64,000 nt of DNA from Thermoanaerobaculia bacterium (GCA_965116955.1 OZ220742.1:71577-135576), one strand, 5' to 3'; shown: positions 1-10,371, numbered from the stretch's first letter. Translations and numbers: made by a program. Notes: generated by a model from the letters alone, not told the origin.

Positions 1-742
1 AGACGACATCGTCCGTGGTCGTTGCGCCCGCGGTGATCACCCGTTCCGAGAAGGCCTCCGCGATCACGCCGCGCGCCAGGGAGACGATCTGCGGATAGGC
101 CTCCATCTGCAGCGGACTTCGGGTCTCGATCCAGCGCACGACCAGCTCCTCGGCGCTGGTCACGCGTTCCTTGAGTTCCGGCGTCAGCACCTCGAGGAGC
201 CGCTCGTGGAGCGCCGCCGACAACCCGTCCGCGACGGGCCAGTGGCGCGAGACGTTGACGCCGATTCGCTTCGGATCGCGGGCGGCGATCACCTCGCCCA
301 GTCCCTGCCACTGTTCCTCCAGGTCGCCGCCCTCCCAGGCCGACTCGTACAGCGCGCCGTACGGGTAGCGGTTGACCGTCAGAAGTTCGACCCCGCCGTT
401 GTCCGGTCCGCGGTCGAAGAACACGAGCATCGTCGTCCGCCGGGCCGCGAACACCGGCCGCGGCACCAGGCTGAAGAACACCGGATCCTCGTTGTACTCC
501 CGGTTGATGACGAGCCACATGTCGATCCCGGTCTCGCGCATCAGCCGCGGCAGGAGATCGTTCAGCCGCTCCTCGAGCATGCGGTTGAAGGGCTCCACCC
601 GGTCCCGGTGCGGCAGCACATGGCCGGGTCCGTGGAGTACCCGTCCCTGCTCGAAGTCAGTGCCCTGGGCAGTAGCGGGCGCCGCGGCGAGCGTGACCAG
701 ACCGAGGGCAACGACCAGCCGGCGCACGGGAGAGCGCTTCAT
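1..742 (-). CDS. Secreted M24-family metallopeptidase (Xaa-Pro aminopeptidase/creatinase-like), partial: N-terminal ~247 aa present, remainder beyond window start
   Basis: Reverse-strand ORF opens with ATG at 742-740 (ATGA overlap with the upstream gene's stop) and runs off the window edge. N-terminus MKRSPVRRLVVALGLVTLAAAPATAQG looks like a signal peptide. Creatinase/prolidase N-domain-like stretch (GIDMWLVINREYNEDPVFF) followed by the start of an M24 catalytic domain (TRSPLQMEAYPQIVSLARGVIAEAF...ITAGATTTDDV). Not in the ORF track because no stop lies within the window. Confidence 0.5.
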   Translation of the reverse strand, partial: MKRSPVRRLVVALGLVTLAAAPATAQGTDFEQGRVLHGPGHVLPHRDRVEPFNRMLEERLNDLLPRLMRETGIDMWLVINREYNEDPVFFSLVPRPVFAARRTTMLVFFDRGPDNGGVELLTVNRYPYGALYESAWEGGDLEEQWQGLGEVIAARDPKRIGVNVSRHWPVADGLSAALHERLLEVLTPELKERVTSAEELVVRWIETRSPLQMEAYPQIVSLARGVIAEAFSERVITAGATTTDDVV

Positions 743-1863
743 GTTTCCAGTACCTCCAGGCGGCCCGACAGAACGGCCTTCCGGGCCGTCTCCAGCAGAC
801 CGCAGCGAAAACCGGCCTCCGCCTCAAGCGGCAGTTGGCCGCCGCCGATCAGCCGGCGGACGATCTCGACTCCGGCGTACCGGGCCACGAGTGGCCGGTC
901 GACGCCGGATTCGACATCTTCGGCTTCTTCCGAGCCGACGGCCGCCGACAGAAACGCCGCGACGACCTCCTCCGGTTGCCGAGCAAGCAGCAGATGGGCA
1001 AGCCCGGTGCCGATGTCGAACTCGGGATCGCCCCAGCCGCCGTACTGCGGGTCCACGACCCGAACGCCGCCGCCCGGCACGAGCAGCCAGTTGGCGGGAT
1101 GGAACGCGCCGTGCACCAGGCAGGCGCCGGCGGCTAGAAAGCGGATGCCCAGCTCCGCTACGGACTCTCTGAACGCGCGATCCGACCGCAGTGCCGACGC
1201 CGCCTCGCCAAGTCCCGGTTCGGTCGCGTCGAGGGCGGCATCGTCCGGCGCCGAACCGTCAGGCCCGAAGGCATCTCCGCCCGCCATCGCCGAAACGAAC
1301 GGCGCCTCGAACAGCATGCGGTGGTTCAAGGCCTTCATGTCCGTGCTCGCAAGGTCCGGCTCCTCCATGCCGCGCGTCCCGTGGCGAAGCGCCCGAAGGA
1401 ACGCGCCCAAAGCCTGGGCGGCCTCCTCAGCCAGCGAACCGCCCTGGTAGAGCGACGCGAGATTCGAGGCGCCGCGGAAGTCCTCGAGCAGCAACAGGGA
1501 CCTCGCTTCGTTGACGGCCATCAGGCGCGGCATGTGGGCCGCGGCCGCGGGCACCCGAGCTACCTCCGCGTAGAACGTGCGCTCGCCGCGCCAGCGATCG
1601 GCCGGCATGGCGACCGACTCGTCGCTCCGCAGCCACGGCAGCGACTGCTTCAGAACCGCGGTGCGCCACCCTCCGCGGAGTTCCTGGAGTTCGACCCGCA
1701 TCACGGTGCTCGACTCGCCGCCCAGGGAGGCGCAGGTCGTGACCTGCTCCTCGTCGCCCAACCAGCCGACCGCCCCCATCACCAGGTCCACTCGACCCGC
1801 CTGGTCCGCCGACAGGACGTGAACTTCCGGGTGCTCAGCCTCGAACTCGGCCCGCCGGCTCAT
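739..1863 (-). CDS. Phosphotransferase (APH/choline-kinase-like) family protein
   Basis: 374-aa ORF with kinase-like motifs HGAFHPANWLL (catalytic-loop-like) and DPEFDIGTGLAHL (DxD/DFG-like), characteristic of aminoglycoside/homoserine-kinase-type phosphotransferases. Its stop overlaps the downstream start (ATGA). Confidence 0.6.
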   Translation of the reverse strand: MSRRAEFEAEHPEVHVLSADQAGRVDLVMGAVGWLGDEEQVTTCASLGGESSTVMRVELQELRGGWRTAVLKQSLPWLRSDESVAMPADRWRGERTFYAEVARVPAAAAHMPRLMAVNEARSLLLLEDFRGASNLASLYQGGSLAEEAAQALGAFLRALRHGTRGMEEPDLASTDMKALNHRMLFEAPFVSAMAGGDAFGPDGSAPDDAALDATEPGLGEAASALRSDRAFRESVAELGIRFLAAGACLVHGAFHPANWLLVPGGGVRVVDPQYGGWGDPEFDIGTGLAHLLLARQPEEVVAAFLSAAVGSEEAEDVESGVDRPLVARYAGVEIVRRLIGGGQLPLEAEAGFRCGLLETARKAVLSGRLEVLET

Positions 1864-1983
1864 CGGCGCAAGCTATCACCGGGCACCCGGGTGCCGCGTC
1901 CTCGCGCGACCCGCGTCACCGTCCGAGCGCCCGTCCTCGGACGGTCGGATGTCGGACCGCCATATGCTTGCCCTGAGGACGCC

Positions 1984-2829
1984 ATGAACCGCACCGACCG
2001 CGAACGATTCGAGGCCACCGGACTGGTCAAGTTGCCCGGACTTCTCCCGGACGAGCTGACCAGCCGCGCGCGGAACCTCGTCCACGAGAAGTCGGAGCAG
2101 GCGGGGGTCCGCCGCAACGGCGTCTGGCTCCTGGACCAACTGACCGACGAGCCTGTCCAGCGTCACAACAAGCGGCTGCTCGAGGGAATCCGACACGCCC
2201 CGGTGCTCGCCGATATGGTCACGCCGGAACTCGAAGCAACGGTCGAGGGGGCCGCGGGCGGGCCGGTCAGGCCGTTGATGAAGTGGCCGCAGCTCCTCTT
2301 CTCGTTCCCGCAACCCGGCGCCTGGTCCCTGCCCGAGACCGTCTGGCACGTCGACCTGCCGAAGCTGCCCAACCGGCGGACCGTCCCCGGCGTCCAGGTG
2401 TTCGCGATGCTCGACACGGTCGAGCCGGGCGGCGGCGGCACGGTCGTCGTCCAGGGCGGTCACCGGCTCCTCTACGACATTCCCTGGCTCGGTTCGAGGC
2501 AGATCAACCACCGCCTTCGCCGGGAGAGCTACTTCCGGGAACTCATGTCGAAGCAGGTGAAGGACCGCGGCCGGTTCCTGCGCGACAGCGTGCGCTGCGG
2601 CGACGCCGACCTTCAGGTCGTCGAGCTGACCGGCCGGCGCGGCGACGTCTACCTGATCGACATGCGCCTGCTGCACGCGCCCGCTCCGAACGTGTCCGCA
2701 ACGCCGAGGATCATGTGGACCCAGCGCTTCCTGACCGAGGCCACCCACGACGACATGGCCGCCCTGTTCGCCCGGATGCGGGCCGGGTATGGAACGGCCG
2801 GCGAGGCGGTCGCGGCGGCAACTTCCTGA
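1984..2829 (+). CDS. Phytanoyl-CoA dioxygenase (PhyH) family Fe(II)/2OG oxygenase
   Basis: Internal ATG at 1984 selected, because the 5' part of the long ORF 1321..2829 lies antisense to the kinase gene and is Arg-rich. HxD motif (WHVDLP), a downstream His, and overall PhyH-like sequence. Divergent from the kinase gene with a 120-bp intergenic gap. Confidence 0.6.
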   Translation: MNRTDRERFEATGLVKLPGLLPDELTSRARNLVHEKSEQAGVRRNGVWLLDQLTDEPVQRHNKRLLEGIRHAPVLADMVTPELEATVEGAAGGPVRPLMKWPQLLFSFPQPGAWSLPETVWHVDLPKLPNRRTVPGVQVFAMLDTVEPGGGGTVVVQGGHRLLYDIPWLGSRQINHRLRRESYFRELMSKQVKDRGRFLRDSVRCGDADLQVVELTGRRGDVYLIDMRLLHAPAPNVSATPRIMWTQRFLTEATHDDMAALFARMRAGYGTAGEAVAAATS

Positions 2830-2870
2830 GCGGCGAAGTGTCCGGTGAGCGACAGGTGCTGAGGATCGCG

Positions 2871-3581
2871 ATGTGGTCCGGCCCCCGGAACATCTCGACC
2901 GCGATGCTGCGGGCCTGGGGGAACCGCGACGACACCTTCGTGTGCGACGAGCCGCTCTACGCCAACTACCTGCTCGAGCACGGGCTCGACCACCCTGGCC
3001 GGGACGAGATCCTCGCCCACCATGACAGTGATCTGGAGCGAGTCGTCCACTGGTTGACCGAGGACACCTCCTTCGACCGGGCGGTCTTCTACCAGAAGCA
3101 CATGGCGCACCACCTGTTGCCGGAAACGGACCGGTCCTGGGTGGCGAAGCTCACCAACGTCTTCCTGATTCGCGATCCGGCGGAGATGCTGACGTCGCTG
3201 ATCCACATCCTCCCGGAACCGAAGCTGCCCGATACCGGCCTTCCCCAGCAGCGGGAGCTCTTCGACCTGGAACGCGAGCGGCTGGGCCGGGCCCCGGCGG
3301 TCATCGACTCGGCCGACGTGCTGCGGAACCCCCGCGCGGGTCTCGACTGTCTTTGCCGCGCGGTCGGCGCCGACTTCGACGAAGCGATGCTGAACTGGCC
3401 GCCCGGCCGCCGCGAGACGGACGGCATCTGGGCGCCGCACTGGTACGGTGCGGTCGAGAAGAGCACCGGCTTCGCGCCGTACCGTCCCAAGAACGAGCCG
3501 GTTCCGGAGTTCCTTGCCGGTGTGCTCGAGGAGTGCCAGGAGCACTACGATCACCTGGCCGCGCACCGCCTGCTCTTCTGA
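2871..3581 (+). CDS. Sulfotransferase-family-like protein (putative)
   Basis: 236-aa ORF from ATG 2871 (alternative GTG at 2856). LIRDPAEML resembles the sulfotransferase 3'-phosphate-binding RDP motif. Lies immediately upstream of a class-IV aminotransferase. Confidence 0.4.
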   Translation: MWSGPRNISTAMLRAWGNRDDTFVCDEPLYANYLLEHGLDHPGRDEILAHHDSDLERVVHWLTEDTSFDRAVFYQKHMAHHLLPETDRSWVAKLTNVFLIRDPAEMLTSLIHILPEPKLPDTGLPQQRELFDLERERLGRAPAVIDSADVLRNPRAGLDCLCRAVGADFDEAMLNWPPGRRETDGIWAPHWYGAVEKSTGFAPYRPKNEPVPEFLAGVLEECQEHYDHLAAHRLLF

Positions 3582-3609
3582 GCCGCCCCCAACCGCCAGC
3601 GAACCCGTC

Positions 3610-4509
3610 ATGCTCCAGAACGCCGACCCCAGGAACCGGGACCTGCTGATCAACATCAACGGCGACCTGATCCACCGCGACCAGGCGGGCATCAGCCCCT
3701 TCGATTCCGCCGTCCAGGGTGGCGACGCCGTCTGGGAGGGGCTGCGCCTGTACGACGGCCGCATCTTCAAGCTCGAGCAGCACCTGGACCGCCTCCGCCA
3801 CTCGGCGCTGGCTCTGGCCTTCGCGGAAATCCCGCAGCAAGAGGAGATCATCGACGAGATCCGCCGCACCGTGGAGGCGAACGGGATGCGGGACGACGTC
3901 CACATTCGCCTGACCCTGACCAGGGGAGTCAAGGTCACGTCCGGCATGGACCCGCGGCTCAACACGTCCGGCCCCACCCTGATCGTCCTCGCCGAACACA
4001 AGGCGCCGGTCTACGGCTCACAGCCCATCCGGCTGATGACCTCCTCGATCCGCCGCTTCCCGCCCGACTGCATGGACCCGAAGATCCACCACAACAACCT
4101 GATCCAGTCCATCCTGGCCAAGATCGAGGCGAACGCCGCCGGCGCCGACGACGCCCTGATGCTCGACCGCCAGGGCTTCGTGGCGGAAACGAACGCGACC
4201 CACGTCTTCCTGGTGCGCGACGCGGTCGTGGTGACCAGCCATTGCCACGCCTGTCCCGAGGGTGTCACCCGCTCGACCGTGCTCGAACTCTGCCGGAACC
4301 ACGGCATCCCCCATGAAGTCGCCGACTTCACCCAGGCTGAGCTCTACCGCGCCGACGAGGCCTTCTGTACCGGCACGATGGGCGAACTGGTGGCGGTCGC
4401 GGAGGTCGACGGCCGTCCGATCGGCGGCGCCGTCCGGCCCGTGCTCGAGCGGCTGCAGGGCCTGTTCCGCGAGCTGACCGCCGTGAGCGGCTATCCCATC
4501 CTGGACTAG
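3610..4509 (+). CDS. Aminotransferase class IV (branched-chain amino acid / D-amino acid aminotransferase family)
   Basis: 299-aa ORF from ATG 3610. Fold-type IV PLP-enzyme signature throughout (e.g. FDSAVQGGDAVWEGLR..., ...EAFCTGTMGELVAVAEVDGRPIG). Confidence 0.75.
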   Translation: MLQNADPRNRDLLININGDLIHRDQAGISPFDSAVQGGDAVWEGLRLYDGRIFKLEQHLDRLRHSALALAFAEIPQQEEIIDEIRRTVEANGMRDDVHIRLTLTRGVKVTSGMDPRLNTSGPTLIVLAEHKAPVYGSQPIRLMTSSIRRFPPDCMDPKIHHNNLIQSILAKIEANAAGADDALMLDRQGFVAETNATHVFLVRDAVVVTSHCHACPEGVTRSTVLELCRNHGIPHEVADFTQAELYRADEAFCTGTMGELVAVAEVDGRPIGGAVRPVLERLQGLFRELTAVSGYPILD

Positions 4510-4518
4510 GGGCCACGG

Positions 4519-6522
4519 ATGAGCGCGGTAGAGCCGGCGAGCCGCCTGGACCCGGAAGGGTCCCCGCTCCGGACGACGGGCCCGCAGAAATGGCTGCTCG
4601 GGCTGCTGCTCCTGTGGGCGCTTGCCGTCCGCGTTCTCTTCAGTTGGCCGGACCCGACGATGAACCGGCTCTGGGACGAGCGCTACAACGCCGGCAACGT
4701 CGCCGCGGTCCTGGCCCACGACCAGTGGCGCCCGGTGCGCACGCACTACCCGACGCTCTCCTACCTGCCCCACGCGGCGACTCTCAAGGTGTACGAGACG
4801 GCGCGCTCGCTGCCATGGCTCTCCTCCCTGCCGACGACGTTCGGGATCGCACCGGATGGACGGCCCTATCTCACGCGGATCGCCGTGCGCGTCTCCCGGA
4901 TCATCCAGGCCCTACTCGGCACCGCCTCGCTGTTCGTCCTGTTCCTGATCGGCCGGCGGCTGTTCGGCCCCTGGGTCGGGCTGGGCGCGGCCTTCCTGCT
5001 CGCCGTGGCCCCCTGGCATATGCGCCAATCGGGGGTGTTCAAACCCGACGTCATGCTGGTCCTGACTGCCGTCCTGACCCTCTACGCGATCCTCAGCGCG
5101 CGGCGAAGCGAGAGCCTCCGAGGCTACGCGCTTGCCGGCGCGATGGTCGGAGCAACCGCCGCCGCCAAGTGGAACGGCGCGGCGCTGGCGTTGCCGCTCC
5201 TCTTCGCGATCGCCCTGGGCGGCGTCCGCGACATCGGTCTGCTGGTCCGCCGTACCGCGGCCGCGGCCGCCGGCGGCGCCGGGGTGCTGCTCCTGCTCAA
5301 TCCCTGGCTGGTGCTCGCGCCCGAGTTGTACCGGCGCCACCTCGGATCGACCGTGAACCACTACCGGGAGCGGCTCGCCGAGGTGGGCGCCGGGCTGTTC
5401 GACCAGCCGCTGAACGCCGTGACCAGCCTTGCCGGAAGCGTCTACTTCAGCCCCGTGCTGGGCGCCTGCGGGCTCCTCGGCCTGGGCTGGCTGCTCCTTC
5501 TCTCGCTGCGCGCCCGGCGCGAGGTCCGGGGGCCGCTGCCGGGCGGACGGGGCGACGCCACGGTTGCCGACGCACTCGTCCTCGCCGTCTTCTTCGGCGG
5601 CTACGTCGCCTCCCTTTGGGTCGTCACCCGCTATCCGAAACCGCCCAACTGGCTGATCGTCGCTCCGGTCGTCGCCTTGGCCGGCGCCTGGTGCCTCGGC
5701 AAGCTGGCGAGCGCTGCCCGCTCCCTGCCGGAACGTCGCTTGACGATCGTCGCGTTCGCCATCCTGGCTGCCGGCGCCGGACTGGCCGGACTCGACAAGG
5801 TCCGCTTCGTCCACACCGCAGTGTACGACGTGAACATACCGCTGACTTCGGCGGCCGCCGCCCGAACGGCCGGGAGGCCGAAGCCGCTCAGGGGACGGAC
5901 ATTCATCACCGAACTGCCGCTTGGGAACCAGGACTTCGACCCGCGAATCTGGAACGGGAACTACGTGTCCACGCTGATCCGTACGGACAGCATCGCCGCC
6001 GAGTCCAGGGCGGAGCGGGAGGCGGCCGACGTTCTGCTCTTCCCGGCCGCGCGGCTTGAACCCGACCAGGACTCCGCCTACCGGGAGCTGGCGGCTCAGC
6101 CGGATGTGACCGTCCAGCGTTTCGATCCGAAGCTGTTCCGGCTGCGCGGAGATCCCGTCGTCCTCGTCCGCCGACCCTACGAGGCGCTGGGACCACCCGC
6201 GCCCACCGCCTTCTCCCGTGCGGGCGAGGGACTCTACGAAGTCGATCCGGCGGCGCTCCACCCAGGAACCGACGCACCCGATGCAGTCCCAACCCTCGTA
6301 TCGCTGGAGATCGCGGTACGCACTCCCTCACGCGACGTGGTGGGGATCTCCGTCGAGGTCGAAGGCCAGCGCCTGCCCTGCCGGCACACCCAGAAGGGCA
6401 GGGAACGGCGACGCTGCCTGACCCCGCGGTTCGAAGCGCCGCAGTCGCCGATCCGGATCCTGGTCGAGCCGGCGCGAGAGGTCATCGACGTCACCGCGTT
6501 CCACTGGCGAAGACCTTCCTAG
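4519..6522 (+). CDS. Glycosyltransferase family 39 / ArnT-PMT-like membrane glycosyltransferase
   Basis: 667-aa polytopic membrane protein with an N-terminal transmembrane region and loop pattern typical of dolichyl-phosphate-mannose / 4-amino-arabinose transferases (PMT_2-like), followed by a large periplasmic C-terminal region. Confidence 0.55.
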   Translation: MSAVEPASRLDPEGSPLRTTGPQKWLLGLLLLWALAVRVLFSWPDPTMNRLWDERYNAGNVAAVLAHDQWRPVRTHYPTLSYLPHAATLKVYETARSLPWLSSLPTTFGIAPDGRPYLTRIAVRVSRIIQALLGTASLFVLFLIGRRLFGPWVGLGAAFLLAVAPWHMRQSGVFKPDVMLVLTAVLTLYAILSARRSESLRGYALAGAMVGATAAAKWNGAALALPLLFAIALGGVRDIGLLVRRTAAAAAGGAGVLLLLNPWLVLAPELYRRHLGSTVNHYRERLAEVGAGLFDQPLNAVTSLAGSVYFSPVLGACGLLGLGWLLLLSLRARREVRGPLPGGRGDATVADALVLAVFFGGYVASLWVVTRYPKPPNWLIVAPVVALAGAWCLGKLASAARSLPERRLTIVAFAILAAGAGLAGLDKVRFVHTAVYDVNIPLTSAAAARTAGRPKPLRGRTFITELPLGNQDFDPRIWNGNYVSTLIRTDSIAAESRAEREAADVLLFPAARLEPDQDSAYRELAAQPDVTVQRFDPKLFRLRGDPVVLVRRPYEALGPPAPTAFSRAGEGLYEVDPAALHPGTDAPDAVPTLVSLEIAVRTPSRDVVGISVEVEGQRLPCRHTQKGRERRRCLTPRFEAPQSPIRILVEPAREVIDVTAFHWRRPS

Positions 6523-6635
6523 AGGCCGACCCTTGCCAATCGCAGGTTTCTGTGCGAACCTTCTGCTGCGTTGCAGCAAGCAGCGCAGCATAGACCCCTA
6601 CCCATACGCGATCCGCCCGTTCTGGAGACCCCAAA

Positions 6636-8165
6636 ATGGCCACGGAACTGAACCGATTCCTGACCCCGCTCGACGCCGCCTTCCTCTATGTCGAACGCCC
6701 CAACGAGACGATGCACATCGGCGGTTGCATGGTCTACGAAGGCGAGTTCTCGCGCGAGTACATGGTCGAGCAGCTTGCCGCCCGCATGCACCTCCTGCCC
6801 CGCTACCGCCAGCGCGTGCTGTTCCCGCCCTTCCTCGTCTCCCACCCGGTATGGGTCGATGACCCGTCCTTCAACCTGGACAACCACGTCGAAGAGGTCT
6901 GGATCCCGGAGGACAGCGACCACCAGGTACTCGCCCGCGCCGCCGCCGAGGCGTACGGCGGCATGCTCGACCGCAACCGGCCGCTCTGGAAGGGGATTCT
7001 GCTCCGCGGCATCCCCGGACACACGGCGGTCGTCTGGAAGATCCATCACGCGATGGTCGACGGCGTCTCCGGCGTCGATCTGTCGATGGTGCTGAGCGAC
7101 TTCTCACCTACCGAAGAGCTGCCGGACGCACCGGCCGAGCCCTGGGCGCCGAAGCCGCTGCCGGACTCTCTGAGCCTCCTGCAGGAAGCGATGCAGCATC
7201 GCCTCGGACAACTGAACGAGTCCTGGACGAACGCCGCCTTCGACGCCGCCCGCCCTCGCCTGATGGCCGACCGCCTACGCGAGATGGTGGCGGCCAGCGC
7301 CGCGACCCTGCCGGTCTCCGCCGCTCCGGCGCCGCGCACCGTCTTCAATCGGCCGGTCAGCAAGGAGCGGGGGTTCGCATGGGCCCAGTTCTCCTTCCCC
7401 GAGCTGCGCGCCGTCAAGTCCGCCCTGAGCGGCACCGTGAACGACGTCGTGCTCACCGTGCTCGCCGGCGGTATCGGCCGCTACCTGCGCGAGCGCGGCC
7501 AGGACACGAAGGGAGTCGAGCTGCGCGCCATGTGCCCGGTCAGCATGCGCCAGCAGGACGAACGGGGGCAGCTCGGGAATCTCGTCTCGAACATGATCGC
7601 TCCACTCTTCGTCGGGGTCGACGACCCGGTCGAACGCCTCGGCAGGGAACGGGACGCCATGAACAAGCTGAAGGAGGCCGGGCAGGCGAAGGCCTTCTAC
7701 CAACTGACCCAGTTCGGCGACCGGGTGCCGCCGCTCATGGCCGCGGTCGCGGCGACGATGCCCTTCTCCCAGACCCTGTTCAACACGGTCTCGACCAACG
7801 TGCCCGGGCCGATGATTCCGCTGTACTTCGGACCCCACAAGCTCGTCGACTGGCTGCCGCTCGGCATCGTTTCGAACAACATCGGCCTGTTCGTCGCCAT
7901 CCTGAGCTACAACCAGCGCATCACCGTCGGGATGACGGTGGACGCCAAACTCATCCCCGACGCGTGGTTCCTCGCCCAGTGCCTGGAAGAGTCCTACGCC
8001 GAACTGCGGGAGGCGGCCGGTGTGGAGAGCGAGGAGCCGAGCGGCGCGCGCTGCTTTGCGGCCGCGCCACCCCAGATCGAGTTGCAGGAGGCCGAAGAGG
8101 TCGCCGCCGCGACCGACTCGGACGCCGACTCCCACTCCGACGCGTCTCTGCGAGGAGTCGCCTAG
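6636..8165 (+). CDS. Wax ester synthase / acyl-CoA:diacylglycerol acyltransferase (WS/DGAT)
   Basis: 509-aa protein with the canonical HHxxxDG active-site motif (HHAMVDGVSG) and WS/DGAT N- and C-domains. Its TAG stop overlaps the GTG of the next gene (TAGTG). Confidence 0.85.
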   Translation: MATELNRFLTPLDAAFLYVERPNETMHIGGCMVYEGEFSREYMVEQLAARMHLLPRYRQRVLFPPFLVSHPVWVDDPSFNLDNHVEEVWIPEDSDHQVLARAAAEAYGGMLDRNRPLWKGILLRGIPGHTAVVWKIHHAMVDGVSGVDLSMVLSDFSPTEELPDAPAEPWAPKPLPDSLSLLQEAMQHRLGQLNESWTNAAFDAARPRLMADRLREMVAASAATLPVSAAPAPRTVFNRPVSKERGFAWAQFSFPELRAVKSALSGTVNDVVLTVLAGGIGRYLRERGQDTKGVELRAMCPVSMRQQDERGQLGNLVSNMIAPLFVGVDDPVERLGRERDAMNKLKEAGQAKAFYQLTQFGDRVPPLMAAVAATMPFSQTLFNTVSTNVPGPMIPLYFGPHKLVDWLPLGIVSNNIGLFVAILSYNQRITVGMTVDAKLIPDAWFLAQCLEESYAELREAAGVESEEPSGARCFAAAPPQIELQEAEEVAAATDSDADSHSDASLRGVA

Positions 8166-8986
8166 TGACCGCGGCGGCCCGGCGGCGCCAGGCCAATCCG
8201 ATCTGGAGCGCGAACCCGCGCCTCCTGCGGGACTCGGTGCCGGCGGCGCTGCCGCTGTGGCGTGAACCGTTCGCGGCCGCCGAGTTCGCCTTCCTGCCGT
8301 TCACACCGACCTACCACGGCATCGGCGTTCCGCGCGGCGACGGCGCCGCGGTGATCGTCGTTCCCGGCTTCACCGGCACCGACGGCTACCTGGCGCCGAT
8401 GCGCGGCTGGCTCGGCCGCATCGGCTACCGTCCCTACCGTTCGGCCATCGGGCAGAACGCCGACTGTCTCGACCGGCTGGGCAACCGGCTGATCGGAACC
8501 CTCCAGAAGGCGGCGGACGACACCGGCCGGCGCGCTCACCTGGTCGGCCACAGCCTGGGCGGCATGCTCTCGCGCGGTGTGACGAGCCTGCGTCCCGATC
8601 TGGTCGCGTCCGTCACGACGATGGGCTCACCCATCCGGGGCGTCCGCTCCCATCCTATGGTGATGCGGCTGGCGGAGGCGGTACGCCGCCGCGTCGTCGA
8701 ACGGGACGACGCGCGGGAACCCGCCTGTTTCTCGGGTGACTGCCGCTGCGACCTGGTGCGCTCGGTGCAGAGTCCGTTCCCCGAAGAGGTGCCGCAGCTC
8801 GCCATCTTCACCCGGCGGGACGGCGTCGTCGCCTGGCGCTACACGCGGCTCCACGACCCGTCGCTGAATCGGGAGGTTCTCGGCACCCATTCCGGCCTGG
8901 CCGCCAACGCCCTCGCTTACTGCCATCTCGCTCGGTTCCTGAAGCGCCACCCGAGCCTCGCACTCACCGCGGAGATCGCGACGTGA
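8165..8986 (+). CDS. Alpha/beta-hydrolase (lipase/esterase-like)
   Basis: 273-aa ORF from GTG 8165, overlapping the WS/DGAT stop. Nucleophile-elbow motif GHSLGG. No in-frame ATG near the 5' end, so a GTG start is assumed. Confidence 0.65.
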   Translation: MTAAARRRQANPIWSANPRLLRDSVPAALPLWREPFAAAEFAFLPFTPTYHGIGVPRGDGAAVIVVPGFTGTDGYLAPMRGWLGRIGYRPYRSAIGQNADCLDRLGNRLIGTLQKAADDTGRRAHLVGHSLGGMLSRGVTSLRPDLVASVTTMGSPIRGVRSHPMVMRLAEAVRRRVVERDDAREPACFSGDCRCDLVRSVQSPFPEEVPQLAIFTRRDGVVAWRYTRLHDPSLNREVLGTHSGLAANALAYCHLARFLKRHPSLALTAEIAT

Positions 8987-10371
8987 CCGCTCCCAACGCC
9001 CTCCTGACCCCCGACCAGGCGGTCCTGTGGAACCTGGAGCGCCGCGGCCCCGGACTGCACGTCGCCGGTCTCGCGCTCGTCGACGGCGAGATCGACCGGC
9101 GGGAACTCCTCCACTGGATGACCCGGCTGCGCAGACTCCCCCGGTTCAGCCTCCGCGTCGACGGGCCGCCCTGGGGACCGCCGCGCTGGCGATCGGCGCC
9201 GTTCAAACTCGAGGAGCACCTCCACGTGATCTCGAACGGCGACCCTGATTCCGCGTTCGACGAAGCCCTGGGCAAGCCGCTCGATCCCCACCGGCCGCTG
9301 TGGGAGTTCCACCTGGCGCCCGGCTACCACGAAGAGGGCGACGCCCTGCTGGTCAAGACCCACCTGGTCGCCGCCGACGGCATGGCCACCGGCGACCTCT
9401 TTCATGCGCTGTTTGCAAGCGGCTCGACAGTCGAGGAGAAGAAGGCCGGCGAACCGGCATCGAACGGCGCCCGATGTGGCGCTCGCGGGGCCGAGTGGCT
9501 CCAAAATTGGGCACTGATTGGCCAGCACCTGGCGGCGGGCCTCCAGGAGCTCACCTCGGAAGACACGCGGACCGCGCTCCTGACCCTGAACGAAACGATG
9601 CCCGATCTCGCACTGCCGCCGGTGCCCACGCCGTTCAACCGAAAGCTCGGGGGACGGCGGCGCCTGATTCGGTGCGCCTTCTCCTACCGCGACATCCGGC
9701 TGATCCGGGCCCGGCTGGGCGGCGCGCTCTCGGATGTGGTCGTCGCCCTGGCCGGCGGCGCGCTCGAGCGCTATCTGGACCTGAGAGGCGTCTCGACCAG
9801 AGGCCGAAGCCTGCGCGTGGCTCTGGCCACCGACCTCCCCGAACGAGATCGGAAACGACGAAGCCTGCTGCCCATCGAAGTTCCCCTGAGCGTCGGCGCC
9901 GCGGACCGGCTCCGTACAGTGCATCAGTTCGCGCGCTTGATGCGAACGGCGCGCGTGGCAGACGTACTGTCGCGCTTCGCCGGCGTACAGGGCGTCGCAG
10001 GCCCGCTGGCGGCCGCCGCGACCGCGATGACCTCTTCGGTGCGGCCGCCGTTCCATCTGACCGTCGCCAACGCGAACGGCCCCCAGATCCCCCAGTTCCT
10101 GGCCGGCCGGCCGCTTTCCGGCTACACGCCCTCCTGGCCGATCGGTTACAGCCAGGGCCTCTCCTGCGCGTTCTTCGCCTACAACCAGGCGCTGCACGTC
10201 GGCGTCACGGTGGACGAACGAGCCTGTCCCGACGCCGACGTGCTGCCCGACCTGCTCGCGGAGTCGTTCGACGAACTCCGCGAAGCGGCAGGTCGAGCTC
10301 CCCGACGACGGCGGCGGAGCGCTCCGCCCCCGTCCGAACCGCGGCAGTTCCACAACCTGGAGACACCATGA
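8983..10371 (+). CDS. WS/DGAT-family acyltransferase (paralog)
   Basis: 462-aa protein with a WS/DGAT-like N-domain and motif THLVAADGMATG (HxxxxDG variant). GTG start overlaps the preceding stop (GTGA). Confidence 0.7.
   Translation: MTAPNALLTPDQAVLWNLERRGPGLHVAGLALVDGEIDRRELLHWMTRLRRLPRFSLRVDGPPWGPPRWRSAPFKLEEHLHVISNGDPDSAFDEALGKPLDPHRPLWEFHLAPGYHEEGDALLVKTHLVAADGMATGDLFHALFASGSTVEEKKAGEPASNGARCGARGAEWLQNWALIGQHLAAGLQELTSEDTRTALLTLNETMPDLALPPVPTPFNRKLGGRRRLIRCAFSYRDIRLIRARLGGALSDVVVALAGGALERYLDLRGVSTRGRSLRVALATDLPERDRKRRSLLPIEVPLSVGAADRLRTVHQFARLMRTARVADVLSRFAGVQGVAGPLAAAATAMTSSVRPPFHLTVANANGPQIPQFLAGRPLSGYTPSWPIGYSQGLSCAFFAYNQALHVGVTVDERACPDADVLPDLLAESFDELREAAGRAPRRRRRSAPPPSEPRQFHNLETP

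Noticed and set aside
206-1450. Long plus-strand ORFs (206..1450, 372..1172, 835..1137, 1191..1514) at the window start
   Set aside because: Arg/Pro/Ser-rich low-complexity translations lying antisense to the coherent M24-peptidase and kinase genes. These are typical high-GC mirror-frame artefacts.
4590-6261. ORFs 4590..6059 (+, 489 aa) and 4912..6261 (-, 449 aa)
   Set aside because: Out-of-frame or antisense overlap with the membrane glycosyltransferase 4519..6522. Composition is R/G/P-dominated with no motifs.
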